A stretch of 64,000 nt of DNA from assembly GCF_009914755.1 (NCBI RefSeq), contig NC_060927.1, one strand, 5' to 3'. This DNA is from the human T2T-CHM13v2.0 reference genome, Homo sapiens. Numbering within the stretch: position 1 is the stretch's first letter; the number at the start of each line of letters is the position of its first letter. Under the pieces are notes generated by a model, which ran no database searches, was not told where the DNA came from, and worked only from the letters and a program-made list of their open reading frames with translations. This document shows positions 11,360 to 23,300 of this stretch, in pieces. The position numbers and the translations under genes were made by a program.

Positions 11360-13644
11360 CATGCACAACCGGTTCCCCCAAACATGGAGTCCTGCAGCCC
11401 AGTTCTTACCTGAATCAGGATGGAGGGTGTGGTGGGTCCAAGTGGAGCTGTTGGCCATGTGCCTACTTGCTGCGTACCTGCAGATCCCACTCCCTCAGGT
11501 CTCCCTGGCCCTTCACTCTTGGAAGTCTTCAGGCAAATTTTTCACTTACGAGGGACTGCATATATTCTACCAAGACTCTGTGGGTGTGGTTGGAAGTCTG
11601 GAGATAGCTGTGCTTTTACACAGCCTTCCAACATCCAGCTATGATTGGTACAAGATTTGGGAAGGTCTGACCTTGAGGTTTCATCAAGTTCTTGTGCTTG
11701 ATTTCTTAGGCTTTGGCTTCAGTGACAATCCACAACCACATCACTATTCCATATTTGAGCAGGCCAGCATTATGGAAGTGCTTTTGTGGCATCTGGGGCT
11801 CCAGAACCACAGGACCAACCTTTTGTCTCATGACTATGGAGATATTGTTGCTCAGGAGCTCCTCTACCAGTACAAGCAGAATCAATCTGGTAGGCTTACC
11901 ATAAAGAGTATCCATCTGTCAAATGGAGGTATCTTTCCTGAGACTCACCGTCCACTCCTTCTCCAAAAGATACTCAAAGATGGAGGTGTGCTGTCACCCA
12001 TCCTCACGTGGCTGATGAACTTCTTTGTATTCTCGATGTCTCACCCCAGTCTTTGGGCCATGTACTTGGCCCTCTGAGAGTGAGCTGTGGGATGGTACAT
12101 GTGGGCAGTCCCATCCCACAGCTGCAACAATGATGGGAACTTAGTCATTGTCAATCTCTTACAGTACATCATCAATCAGAGAAGTTTAGAAGACACCGAG
12201 TGGGAGCTCTTGCCTCTGAAACTAACCCCATTGATTTTATCTATGAGCCACTGGATCCTGTAAACCCCTATCCAGAGTTTTTCGAGCTGTACAGGAAAAT
12301 GCTGTCACGGTCCATGATGTCAATTCTGGATGACCACATTAGCCACGATCCACAGCTAGAGGATCCCATGGGCTTCCTGAATGCATACCTGGGCTTCATC
12401 AAGTCCTTTTGAGTTGGAAAGAGTAGATTCACTGTATTACCTCCCCTACCCCCTTATCCATTGCGTATTCCACTTAAGAAGAAATGCCCAAAAGAGGTCC
12501 TGGCCATCAAACACTATTCTCTCACAAAGTCCACTTTACTCAAATTGGTGAACAGTATATAGGAAGAAGCCAGCAGGAGCTCTGGCTAAGGTTGACATAA
12601 TAGTCCCCCTCCCATTACTTTGACATCTGATCAAATGTACAGACTTGCCTTTGTTTTTATGTTTCTAGGAAATTCTGATTAGTACTACTATTCACTGATG
12701 CAGAAAGACATTCTTTTGCATAAAAGACTGTTTAACACTCTGGACTTTTCTAAAGTATTTAGTAGTGCTAATTTCTGGCCCAGCCCTAATAGGAATTCTG
12801 CGGTAAGAATGATGAGAAGGGCCTCCTTCCTTCTCCTCGAATGGCTTTATGCGCACATGCTTTTTAAAAGTTCTTTAAGCAAGACAGAGCTGAGTCTTAT
12901 TTGTCATACCTTGGGATTTAGTTTCATCAGCTGTTTTTAATTATAAACATAGCATTAAAATAGATATTGGTTTAAATAATGTAGTATTCTTAGTATGATT
13001 TAAGACTTATGATTTACCTACATATTATACATATTTGATAAGAATGCTAAATCAATATACCCTTACTCTGCCAGTGAACATAATTAAACATGTTTCATTT
13101 CTGAATAAATTTAAGTAGATCCAAACTATTTACTGAATTTACTAAAATCACAGGACATTAAGGACCAGTAGCATCTATGCCAGAGATTTACCGTTATTGC
13201 CAGTAAGACCGATTCTAACAGCAAATAACAGTCTGAGACTCCTCATACCTCAGTGCTTAGAAGCATGTCTCTCTTGAGCTACCATAGAGGGGAACGGATG
13301 GTTTTGTTGTCCAAGCCACCATATGCAACGTACATTGATTCCTTTATGATGACTGCTTAACTCCCCATTGCCTGTCCCAGAGAAGCTTTCTCATGTAGCT
13401 TGGTAATTCCTGTACTTTACAGACAGAAAAGTTCCAGAAACTTTAAGAACAAATTCTGAGAGACCTATGAGCAAATGATGCTGAATACTTTTTTTAAGCC
13501 ACATTTCACTGTCTTAGTCAAAGCAGGATTATTAAGTGACTATTTAAAATTCATTTTTTAAATTAGCAACTTCAAGTATGGCAACTTTGAGACTGGAATA
13601 AGTATTTATTTTCTGTAAATAAAAATGAATTGTGACAAAAAAAA
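11360..13644 (+). pseudogene. MEST: Processed pseudogene of MEST (mesoderm-specific transcript, alpha/beta hydrolase); which numbered MESTP locus is not determined
   Basis: Intronless translation matches MEST ([30 protein letters not shown]; [10 protein letters not shown]; [17 protein letters not shown]; [17 protein letters not shown]; [25 protein letters not shown], stop ~12412). Frameshifts after the ATG (11420) and near 12034; ~1.2 kb 3' UTR; AATAAA 13618-13623; A-tail 13637-13644; TSD aaaatacaatatactag (11343-11359) / aaaattacaacatactag (13641-13658). Confidence 0.96.
13605..13623. terminator. Opposed polyadenylation signals at the end of the MEST retrocopy
   Basis: AATAAA on + at 13618-13623 just before the A-tail; TTTATT (AATAAA on -) at 13605-13610. 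Confidence 0.6.
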
Positions 13645-13836
13645 TTACAACATACTAGAATCTCTAGGACACAGCTAAGGCAGTGTTAAAAGGGAAATTC
13701 ATAGCACTAAATACCCACATCAAACTCTTAGAAAGATCTCACATTAACAGCCTAACTTCATAACTGAAAGAATTAGAGAAGCAGGAACAAACCAGCCCCA
13801 AAGCTAGCAGAAGATGAGAAATAAAAATAAAAATCA

Positions 13837-14125
13837 GGCCAGGCACGGTGGCTCACACCTGTAAGTCCGGTACTTTGGGAGGCTGAGGCAGGGGGGTCAC
13901 CTGATGTTAGGAGTTCAAGACCAGCCTGGCCAACATGGTGAAACCCTATCTCTACTAAAAATACAAAAATTAGTCGGGTGTGGTAGCAGGCACCTGTAAT
14001 TCCAGCTATTCGGTAGGCTGAGGCAGGAGAATTGCTTGAAGCTGGGAGACAGAAGTTGCAGTGAGCCAAGATTGTATCATTGCACTCCAGCCTGGGGTGA
14101 CAAGAGCAAGACTTTGTCTCAGAAA
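13837..14125 (+). mobile_element. AluS (Sx/Sq-like) almost lacking its poly(A) tail, in L1
   Basis: ggccaggcacggtggctcac...actttgtctc followed directly by L1 sequence. Confidence 0.93.
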
Positions 14126-15069
14126 TCAAAAGTTCAACGAACCCAGGAGCTGGTTTTTTGAAAAAAAAAAAAAAGTAGGCCACTAGCTAGACTAATAAAG
14201 AAAAAAAAAAACAGAAGTTCCAAATAAACACAATTAGAATTTTGAAGGGAATGTTACTACTGACCTCACAGAAATGAAAACAACCATCAGAAACTACTAC
14301 GAACACCTTTACGCACAAAAACTAGAAAACTTAGAAGAGATGGATAAATTCCGAGACACATACACCCTCCCAAGACTGAGCCAGGAAGAAATTGACTCCC
14401 TGAATAGACCAATAATCAGCTCTGAAATTGAATCAGTAATAAATAGCCTAGCAACCAAAAAAAAAAAAAAAAAAAAAGCCCACGACCTGATGGATTCACA
14501 GCTGAATTCTATCAGATGTACAAAGAAAAGATGGTATAATTCCTACAGAGACTATTCCCAAAAAATTGAGAAGAGGGACTCCTTTTCAGCTCATCCTATA
14601 AGGCTAGCATCATCCTGATACCAAAACCTGGCAGAGACACAACAAAAAATGAAAACTTCAGGCCAATACCTTTGAATAATCGAAACAAAAATCCTCAACA
14701 AAATATTTGCGAACTGAATCCAGCAACACATCAAAAAGCTAATCTACCATGATCAAATAGGCTTCATCCCCAGGATGCAAGATTGGTTCAACATATGCAA
14801 ATCAATAAGTGTGATTCATCACATATACAGAACTAAAGACAAAAACCACATGATTATCTCAATAGACACAGAAAAGGCTTTCAATAAAATTCAACACCCT
14901 TCATGTTAAAAACTTTCAATAAAGTAGGTATTGAAGGAACATACCTCAAAATAATGAAAGCCATCTGTTTATTTAGTTGATACTATGTGCTGGGTATATT
15001 TCTAAGTGTATGGACACAGCAGTGAACAACATTAAAACAAAGCAAAATAAAACTAAAATGTTCCTACTC

Positions 15070-15185
15070 TCAGGGAGAGTTTAAGGAACTTGCCTGAAGT
15101 CACAAAGCTCCTAAATGACAGAGCTGGAATTGAAACCTAGACTGTGTGACTCTATAGCCTATGCTCTTCACTACTAAGCTGTGGT
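15070..15185 (-). mobile_element. MIR fragment
   Basis: ttaaggaacttgcctgaagtcacaaagct...cagagctggaattgaaacctagactgtgtgactc. Confidence 0.75.
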
Positions 15186-15419
15186 GCCTTTCTTTTAAAA
15201 AATTAATTAACTTTATTTTTAGACCAATTTTGGTTTTACGGAAAAATTGAGTGGAAATTACAAAGAATTCTGAATCCATTCACTGCTCAATCATGTTTCT
15301 TGACTTTTGATGCAGAAAGCAATGGAAAATGAATAAAACACTAGTATACCTAAAGAAAATCCCCTCCCTTTTCTCTGTACTTGCATTACAATAAAGTAAG
15401 TGAAAATTTCCATCATCCT

Positions 15420-15940
15420 AAGTTATTCATTCATTCTTTCCACACGTACTTATAGAACCTCTCCCATGTGTCAGGCTACTCAAAAAGAATGATGAATAAA
15501 CTGACATGAACCCTGACCTTATAGAGTTTATGGTAGAATATAAACCTTGGCGGAGACAATATCGGAAATGAATATCTAATTACAAAAGACAGAAACATTA
15601 AAAGACAATGTGGCAAACAGTTTTAAAGTCCAAGTTCTTTTTGAGGGAGTAATAGTTCAGTGACACCTGGAGGATGAAGAAAAGTTAACCTTGCAAAGAA
15701 AAGAGGAAAGGACATTTCAGGGAGGGGATCACCACACACACAGTTACTGAGGAGGTTAAGAATTCGAAGGTTTCAAAGTATAAAGAGCTGAGTTGGTAAA
15801 GGAAATGAAAAATGACTGGACTGAGAGATAGGAAAAAAGCCAGGAGAATTTGTTGTCACAAGAATCAAGAGAAGTATGATCACATAAGGTCAAGTAAGTT
15901 TAAGATTTTTTAAGAGGTCCATTGGAGGATGTTTGTGACC
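15420..15940 (-). mobile_element. L2 fragments
   Basis: ttcattcattc...atgtgtcaggc...ccctgaccttatagagttta...acctggaggatgaag...aggtcaagtaag...gtccattgga. Confidence 0.6.
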
Positions 15941-16953
15941 TTTCATTTTTTGATATCAGCATTAACACAAGGGCTGTTTTAAATGGCTTTCTAAAAAATT
16001 TCAAGTGCATGTTTTCCTATCGAGAACTGTGTTCTCAAGGTTCTGAGTAAAGAAGTGTCTAGTTAATGGCCGATGAGAAAGTCATCATAGGTGTGTGTAG
16101 ATAATATTTAAAAGCAGTTGAATATGCAAGGAAGAGAGAACAGTCAGTAGAAATGAAGGTGCATTCAGGGAGTTCTTCTTTCCTTTGCTTGAGACCAATT
16201 AGAGAAAATTAAAATGCTGTTTTCAGAAATCTAACAGAGAGGGAGAGGCTGAAAATGCAAGTAGGAGGAGATAACTGAGGTGGTAGAAATGTTAGTATCT
16301 GGATAGCCATACAGGGAAAGGCCTCTGCTAGAAGAAGCCTCACTTACTCCAAGGTTGTTAGAAGGAAAAAGAAAAGATGAGCAAAGATTTAGGTCAGTTG
16401 TATATTTGATGACAATATCAATTATGATTTTTAGGAAGCATGCAGTGCACATTTAATATAGAATGAGAAAGGGTAGGAGTTGGGGAGAAAGAGAGGTCAG
16501 GTCCTTGAAGTCAGTAAAGGATGGTTGTGGAGAGTGGGAAAGTGAACTTAGAGAAACGGTAAGTATGCCAACCAGTGTTGGGTAACCACTTGAACTAACA
16601 ACCAGGAATTTATAGTGAGATCAGCAAATTAGAATCGAGTTTCATTGGGCCTAGAGCTGAAATGGGAGTAGTTTACATACAGTTTCTCTCTCAAATATCT
16701 TGATATTATATCCAGGGCTGGTCCAATGTTTCTACAGTTATTAAGAGCCCAGGCCCATTCTGTTTTGGCACTCTGCTTTCTCCATCATTTGACTTCCATT
16801 TCATGGCAAAGATGGTTTTCTGTTCCAATCAGCAAGAAGGGGAAAGAGACAAATAGAGTACATCTACCCATCTTTTAAATTTGTCGGCGAGTGAGATGAT
16901 TGAATTAATCACTTTGGAAACTGAGCAGGTGAGGTGTTGAAAAGTCTAGGATC

Positions 16954-17218
<265 letters not shown>

Positions 17219-17384
17219 ATTCTAGGACCTTACTGTGGGAATGAGGTGGCAGGAGAAAAAGTCATTGGAGATGAGGAAGTCAAGGATGGAAAATCCAAAT
17301 TATTACTGTTATTCCTGTGGAATATGATATCCAGATTGATAGCCAGATTTAGGGAATAGAGAGACTTGTGCTGTTCTTCGTAAT

Positions 17385-20300
17385 TTTTTTCTTAATTTCT
17401 ATTTAAATAGCTTTGAGGTACAAGTGTTTTTTGTTATGTGGATGAATTATATAGTGGTGAATTCTGAGATTTTTAGTGCACCTGTAATTTGAGTAGTGTA
17501 CATTATACCCAATGTGTAGGTATTTTTTCTTCCTAACCCACCTTTCCCTCCTCCCACTTCTGAGTCTCTAAAGTCTATTATATAACTCTGTATGCTTTTG
17601 CATACTCATAACTTAGCTCCCACTTATAAGTGAGAACACAGTTTTTGGTTTTTCCACTCTTGTGTTACTTCACTTAGAATGATGGCCTCCAGCTCCATCC
17701 AAATTGCTGCAAAAGACATTATTGTGTTCTTTTTCATGGCTGAATAGTATTCCATGGTGTATATATATCACATTTTCTTTATCCACTCATTAGTCAATGA
17801 GCACTTAGGTTGGTTCCACATCTTTGCAGTTGTGAATGGTGATGCTACAAACATGTGTGTGCCAGAGTCTTTTTCATATAGACTTCGTTTTTGGGGGTTT
17901 GATACCCAGCAGTAAGATTGCTGAATCCAGCAGTAGATCTACTTTTAGATCTTTAAGGAATTTCCATACTGTTTTCCATTAGGTTGTACTAATTTATATA
18001 TTTCTACCAGCAGTGTATAAGCTTTACTTTTCATCATATCTGTGCCAACATCATTGTTTTTTGACTTTTTAATAATGGCTATTCTGAGTGGTATGCATCT
18101 CGCTGTGGTTTTAATTTGCATTTCCCTGATGATTAGTGATATTGAGCATTTTTTTCATATTTTTGTTGGCCATTTATACATCTTCTTTTGAGAAGTGTCC
18201 ATTTATGTCATTTGCCTACTTTTTAATGAAATTATTTGATTTTTTTCTTGCTGATTTGAGTTCCTTGTATATTCTGTATATTATATATGTATTCTATATA
18301 TTATATTCTGCATATTCCTTTGTCAATTGTATAGTTTACAAATATTTTCTCTCATTCTGTGGGTTTTCTGTTTACTCTCCTGATTATTTATTTTGCAGTG
18401 CAGAAGCTTTTTAGTTTAATTAGGTCCCATTTATTTATTTTTATGTTTGTCGTATTTGCTTTTGGGATCTTAGTCATAAATTCTTGCCTAGGCTTATTTC
18501 TAGAAGAGTTTTTGCAATGTTGTCTACTAAAATTTTTATAGTTTCAGGTCCTATGTTTAAGGTTTTGATCCATCTTGAGTTGATTTTTGTATAAAGTGAG
18601 AGATATAGGAATCCAGTTTCATTCTTCTACATGTGGCTTGCCAGTTTTCCCAGCACCGTTTATTAAATAGCGAGTCCATTCCTGAATTTATGTTTTTGTA
18701 TGCTTTGTTGAAAATCAGCTGGCTGAATGTATTTGGCTTCATTTCTGGGTTCTCTATTCTGTTCAATTGGTCTACCTGCCTACTTTCATGCCAGTACTAT
18801 GCTGTTTTGGTAACTATAGCCTTGCGGTGTTACTTGAAGTCTCATAATGTGATACCTCCAGATTTGTTCATTTTGCTTAGGATTGCTTTGGCTATTTCGG
18901 CTCTTTTGTGCTTCCATATGAATTTTAGGAGTGTTTTTTCTAATTCTGCGAAGAATAAAGTTAGTATTTTGATAGGAATTGCATTGAATTTATAGATTGC
19001 TTTGGGTAGTATGGCCATTTTCATAATACTGATTCTTTCAATCCATGAGCATGGTATTGTTTGTGTCATCTATTATTTCTTTCAACAGCATTTTGTAGGT
19101 CTCCTTGAAGAGAACTTTTACCTCCTTGGTTAAGTATATTCCTAGGTGTTTTGTTTTGTTTTTTGTTTTTTTCAGCTGTTGAAAAAAGAGTTCTTGGTTT
19201 GATTCTCAGCTTGGTCATTGTTGGTGTATAGCAGTGCTACTGATTTGTGTACATTGACTTTGTAATTTGAGATTTTACCAAATTTGTTTATCAAATCTAA
19301 GAGTCTTTTTGGAGGAGTTTTTAGGGTTTTCTAGGTATACAATCATATTATCTGCAAACAGTGATAGTCTGACTTCCTCTTTTCCAATTTGGATGCTTTT
19401 TCTTTCCTTCTTTTGACTAATTGCCCTGGCTAGGACTTTCAGAACTATATTGAATAGGAATGGTGAAAGTGGGCACCACTGTCTTGTTCCTGTTCTCAGG
19501 GGGAATGCATTCAACTATTCCACATTTAGTGTAATGTTGGCTGTGGTTTTGTCATATATGGCTTTTATTCTTTTGAGGTAGGTTCCTTCTATGCCTAGTT
19601 TGTTAAGAGTTTTATCATAAAGTGATGCTGGATTTTGGTGAATGCTTTTTCTACATCAATTGAGATTATTATATGGCTTTTGTTTATAATTCTGTTTATG
19701 TCATGTATCACATTTATTAACTTGCTTATTTTAAACCATCCCTGCATCCCTGGGATGAACCCCATTTGATCATTATGTATTATGTTTTTTATGTGCTGTT
19801 GGATTTGGTTAGCCAGTATTTTGGTGAAGATTTTTGCATCTATGTTCATCAGGGAAATTGGTCTGTAGTTTTTCTTTTTTGTGTGTGCCGTTTCCTGGTT
19901 TTGGTACTAGGGTGATACTAGCTTCCTAGAATGATTTAGGGGGCATTCCTTCTTTCTCAACCTAATTTCAGTAGGATTGGTAGCAATTTTTCTTTGAATG
20001 TCTGGAAGAATTCAGTTATGAATCTATCTGGTCCTGGGCTTTTTTTGTTGGCAATTTTTAAGTTACTGTTTTGATCTTGCTACTTGTTATTGGTCTGTTC
20101 AGGCTTATATTTGTTTCTGTTTCAATCCAAGAAGTTTGTACGTTTCCAGGAACTTGGATATTTTCTCTAGGTTTTCGAGTTTGTGCACATAAAGGTGTTC
20201 ATAGCAGTCTCGAATGACCTTTTGTATTTCTGTAGTGTCGGTCTATTGATTTTGTTTATTTTTTCAAAGAACCAGCTTCTTGTTTCATTGATCTTCTGTA

Positions 20301-23300
20301 TTTTTGTTTGTTTGTTCAATTTCATTTAGTTCTCTTCTAATTTTGTTATTTCTTTTCTTCTTCAAGCTTTCGGTTTAGTTCTTGTTTCTCCAGTTCCTTG
20401 AGGTGTGACATTAGGTTGTCAATCTGTCCTCTTTGAGACTTTTTGATGTAGGCATTTAGTGCTATAAACATTCCTCTTAGCACCACTTTTGCTGTGCCCC
20501 TGAGGTTTTGATAACTTGTGTCATTATAATAATACAGTTCAAAGAATTGTTTAATTTCTATCTTGATTTCATTGTTAGCCCAGATATCATGCATGAGCAG
20601 ATTATTTAATTTCCATGTATATTTGTATAGTTTTAAGGGTTCCTTTTGGAGTTGATTCTAGTTTTATTCTATTGTGTTCTGAGAAGATACTTGATATAAT
20701 TTCAATTTTTAAATATTTGTTGAGACTTATTTTGTGGCTTATCCTATGGTCTATCTTAAAGAATGTTCCATGTGCTGATGAGAAGAATGTATATTCTGCA
20801 GATCTCGGCAGAATGTTCTGTAAATATCTGTTAAGTCCATTTGTTCTGGTGTGTCTCATTTAAGTCTAATGTGTCTCTGCTGACTTTGTGTCTCAAAGAT
20901 CTATCTAGTTCTGTCAGTGGTGTACTGAAGTCTTCCACTATTATTGTTTTGCTGTCTATCTCATTTTTTTAGGTCTAGTAGTAATTATTAATCTGGGAGT
21001 TCCAGTGTTTGGAGCACATAAATTTAGGATTGCAATATCTTCTTGTTGAATTGATCCTTTCATTATTATATAGTGACCGTCTTATTGGTTATTGTTTTAT
21101 AGGCCCTGTGAGATTTAAGCTTTCAAGAGGTTCTAGTTTGGTGCATATCAGGCTTTTGTTTCAAGGTTTAGAACTTCTTTAAGCATTTCTTATAATGCTG
21201 TTTTGGTAGTGACAACTTCTCTCAACATTTGTTTGTCTGAAAATAACTTTATTTCTCCTTTATTTATGAAACTTAGTTTTGTGGATACAAAATTCTTGGT
21301 AGACAGTTGTTTTGTTTATGAAGATAGGACCCAAATCCTTTCTAGATTGTAAGGTTTCTTCTGAGAAGTCTGTTGTTAGTCCGATAGGTTTTTCTTTGTA
21401 GGTTTCTTGATATTTTTGTCTTACTGCTCTTAAAATTCTTTCCTTCATGTTGACTTTAGATAGCCTCATGAGTATATGCTTTGGTGAAGATCTTTCTACA
21501 GTGAATTTCCCAGGAGTTCTGTGAGCTTCTTGGATTTTGATGTCTAGATCCCTAGCCACAGCAGGGAAGTTTTCCTCAATTACTCCCTCAAATAAGTTTT
21601 CCAGACTTATTTTTTTCTTTTCCCTCAGAAACATCAATTATTCTTAGGTTTGGCCATTTTACATAATTGCATATTTCTTGGAGACTTTGTTCACTTCTTT
21701 TGGTTCCTTTTTATTTACTTTTGTCTGATTGTATTAATTCAAAAGCCTGTATTTGAGCTCTGAAATTCTCTCCTCCACTTGTTCTAGTCTACTCTTAACA
21801 CTTTCCACTGCATTTTGTAATTTCCTCACTGTGTCTTTCATTTCCAGAACTTCTAATTGGTTTTTCTTGATGATATCTAGCTCTCTAGAAAATTTTTCAT
21901 TCACATTTCGAACTGCTTTTAAAATTTTCTTTACGATGGTTTTTGCCTGTCTCTGATATCTCCTTGAGTAACTTAATAATTGATCTTCTGAATTTCTTAT
22001 CTGGTGTTTCAAAGATTTCATCTTGGTTTGGGTCCATTGCTGGAGAGCTAGTGTGATCTTTTGGGGGTGTTATAGCACCCTATTTTCTCATATATTCAAA
22101 GGTTTTTTTGTTCCTTCTCATTTGGATAGACTATTTCTTCTAATTATTCTTGAATATATGTTAGATTTGACTGTGCTTCTTTTTTTTTGTTTGTTTTTAA
22201 ATTTATTTTTTCCCTTAAAGATGATACCTTAATACTTATAGTTAATTATAGCCTAATTTGGTTCTTGGTGCTTTCAGGGGTGAAGACTCTGTAGAGTTCC
22301 TTGGTTATAGAAGAGTCTTTGTGCGATGGCTTTCCCATATGCTGGTTGTAGTAGCAATCAATGCACTCAATGTATGAGCAAGTTCACTATCTCCTATGGT
22401 TTGGAATGGTAGAGGTCTCTTAAAGCTTATCTCATTCCTTGATGGTATGTACTTTTTTATTTATTTACTTTCCCCCACTATTGTATTTACTGTTTGATGG
22501 TTTAGGCTTCAGGCCAGTAGGGGAGGTGTCCCTATGTAGGAACCAACTGTGGCTAAAGCAGGTGGGTAAATGAAGTCCCAGCCTTGACAGAGGTGGCTAG
22601 AGGAACTCTCAGTGAGTTGCACTGAGGTCGTATCAGAGAGAAGGGTTGGAGCCACCTCAGTTCCCCTTCCAGGTAAGCAGGAAAGTTATCCACCTCACAG
22701 ACACACTCCTGTCCCAGAGCTCTGGCTATTCAGATCAGACAGGCCCCTCTTTTCTTCTGTAGGGATGTTGATGTTCCAAGTAGAGAGGAACTGTGACTCT
22801 GTTTCTCAGGCAAGCTTGACCCTGGAGGGTGCTCCTGTGGGAATGCAGTCACCCTGATGTGTTACAGAAAGGTTGTCTATGGTCGCATCCTTGCCGAGCT
22901 CCTGTGGGAAAAATCCCAACTGTGCCTTCAGTGGTGGACAAGCAGGGACAAGCGGGTCTTCTTCTCCAAGACTTTCACACGCACCAGGGATGTCTGACTG
23001 TTGGGACAGAGCTGAAGACTTCCCTTACTGAGCCCAACTGCCTCTGCTGAAAGAAGCTTCCCACCAGTGGAAGGATCTGATGCTCAAGGCCTGCCATCCA
23101 GATTCCTTTGACTCACAAGATGTTCCCTTGATGTAGTTAACTCCCTCTTCCCCTGGGAGTGGGCATCCCTGGAAGCTAGACTATTGTGAGTGTTGTTGCT
23201 CCTCTGGGTCAAGCCGAAGTTGCCACACTCCGGGCTCACACTAGGAAAAGCTTGCAAATGATCTGGTGATGTGACCTGTCCTCAAGCTTCCCAGCAGTGA

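Larger units (their letters stand above)
11028..14966 (+). mobile_element. Inverted 5' segment of the same L1 (ORF2 EN to RT start), interrupted by the MEST retrocopy and an Alu
   Basis: ORF2 remnants DLYRTLHPKTTQYTF (11000-11206) and [25 protein letters not shown] (14274-14618); ends at aaagccatct, about 10 nt before where the minus segment begins (cacagccaac). Confidence 0.9.

Noticed and set aside
11283-12412. Functional MEST gene or MIR335 host
   Set aside because: Intronless, frameshifted, poly(A) plus TSD; miR-335 is intronic in the parent and would not be in a processed copy
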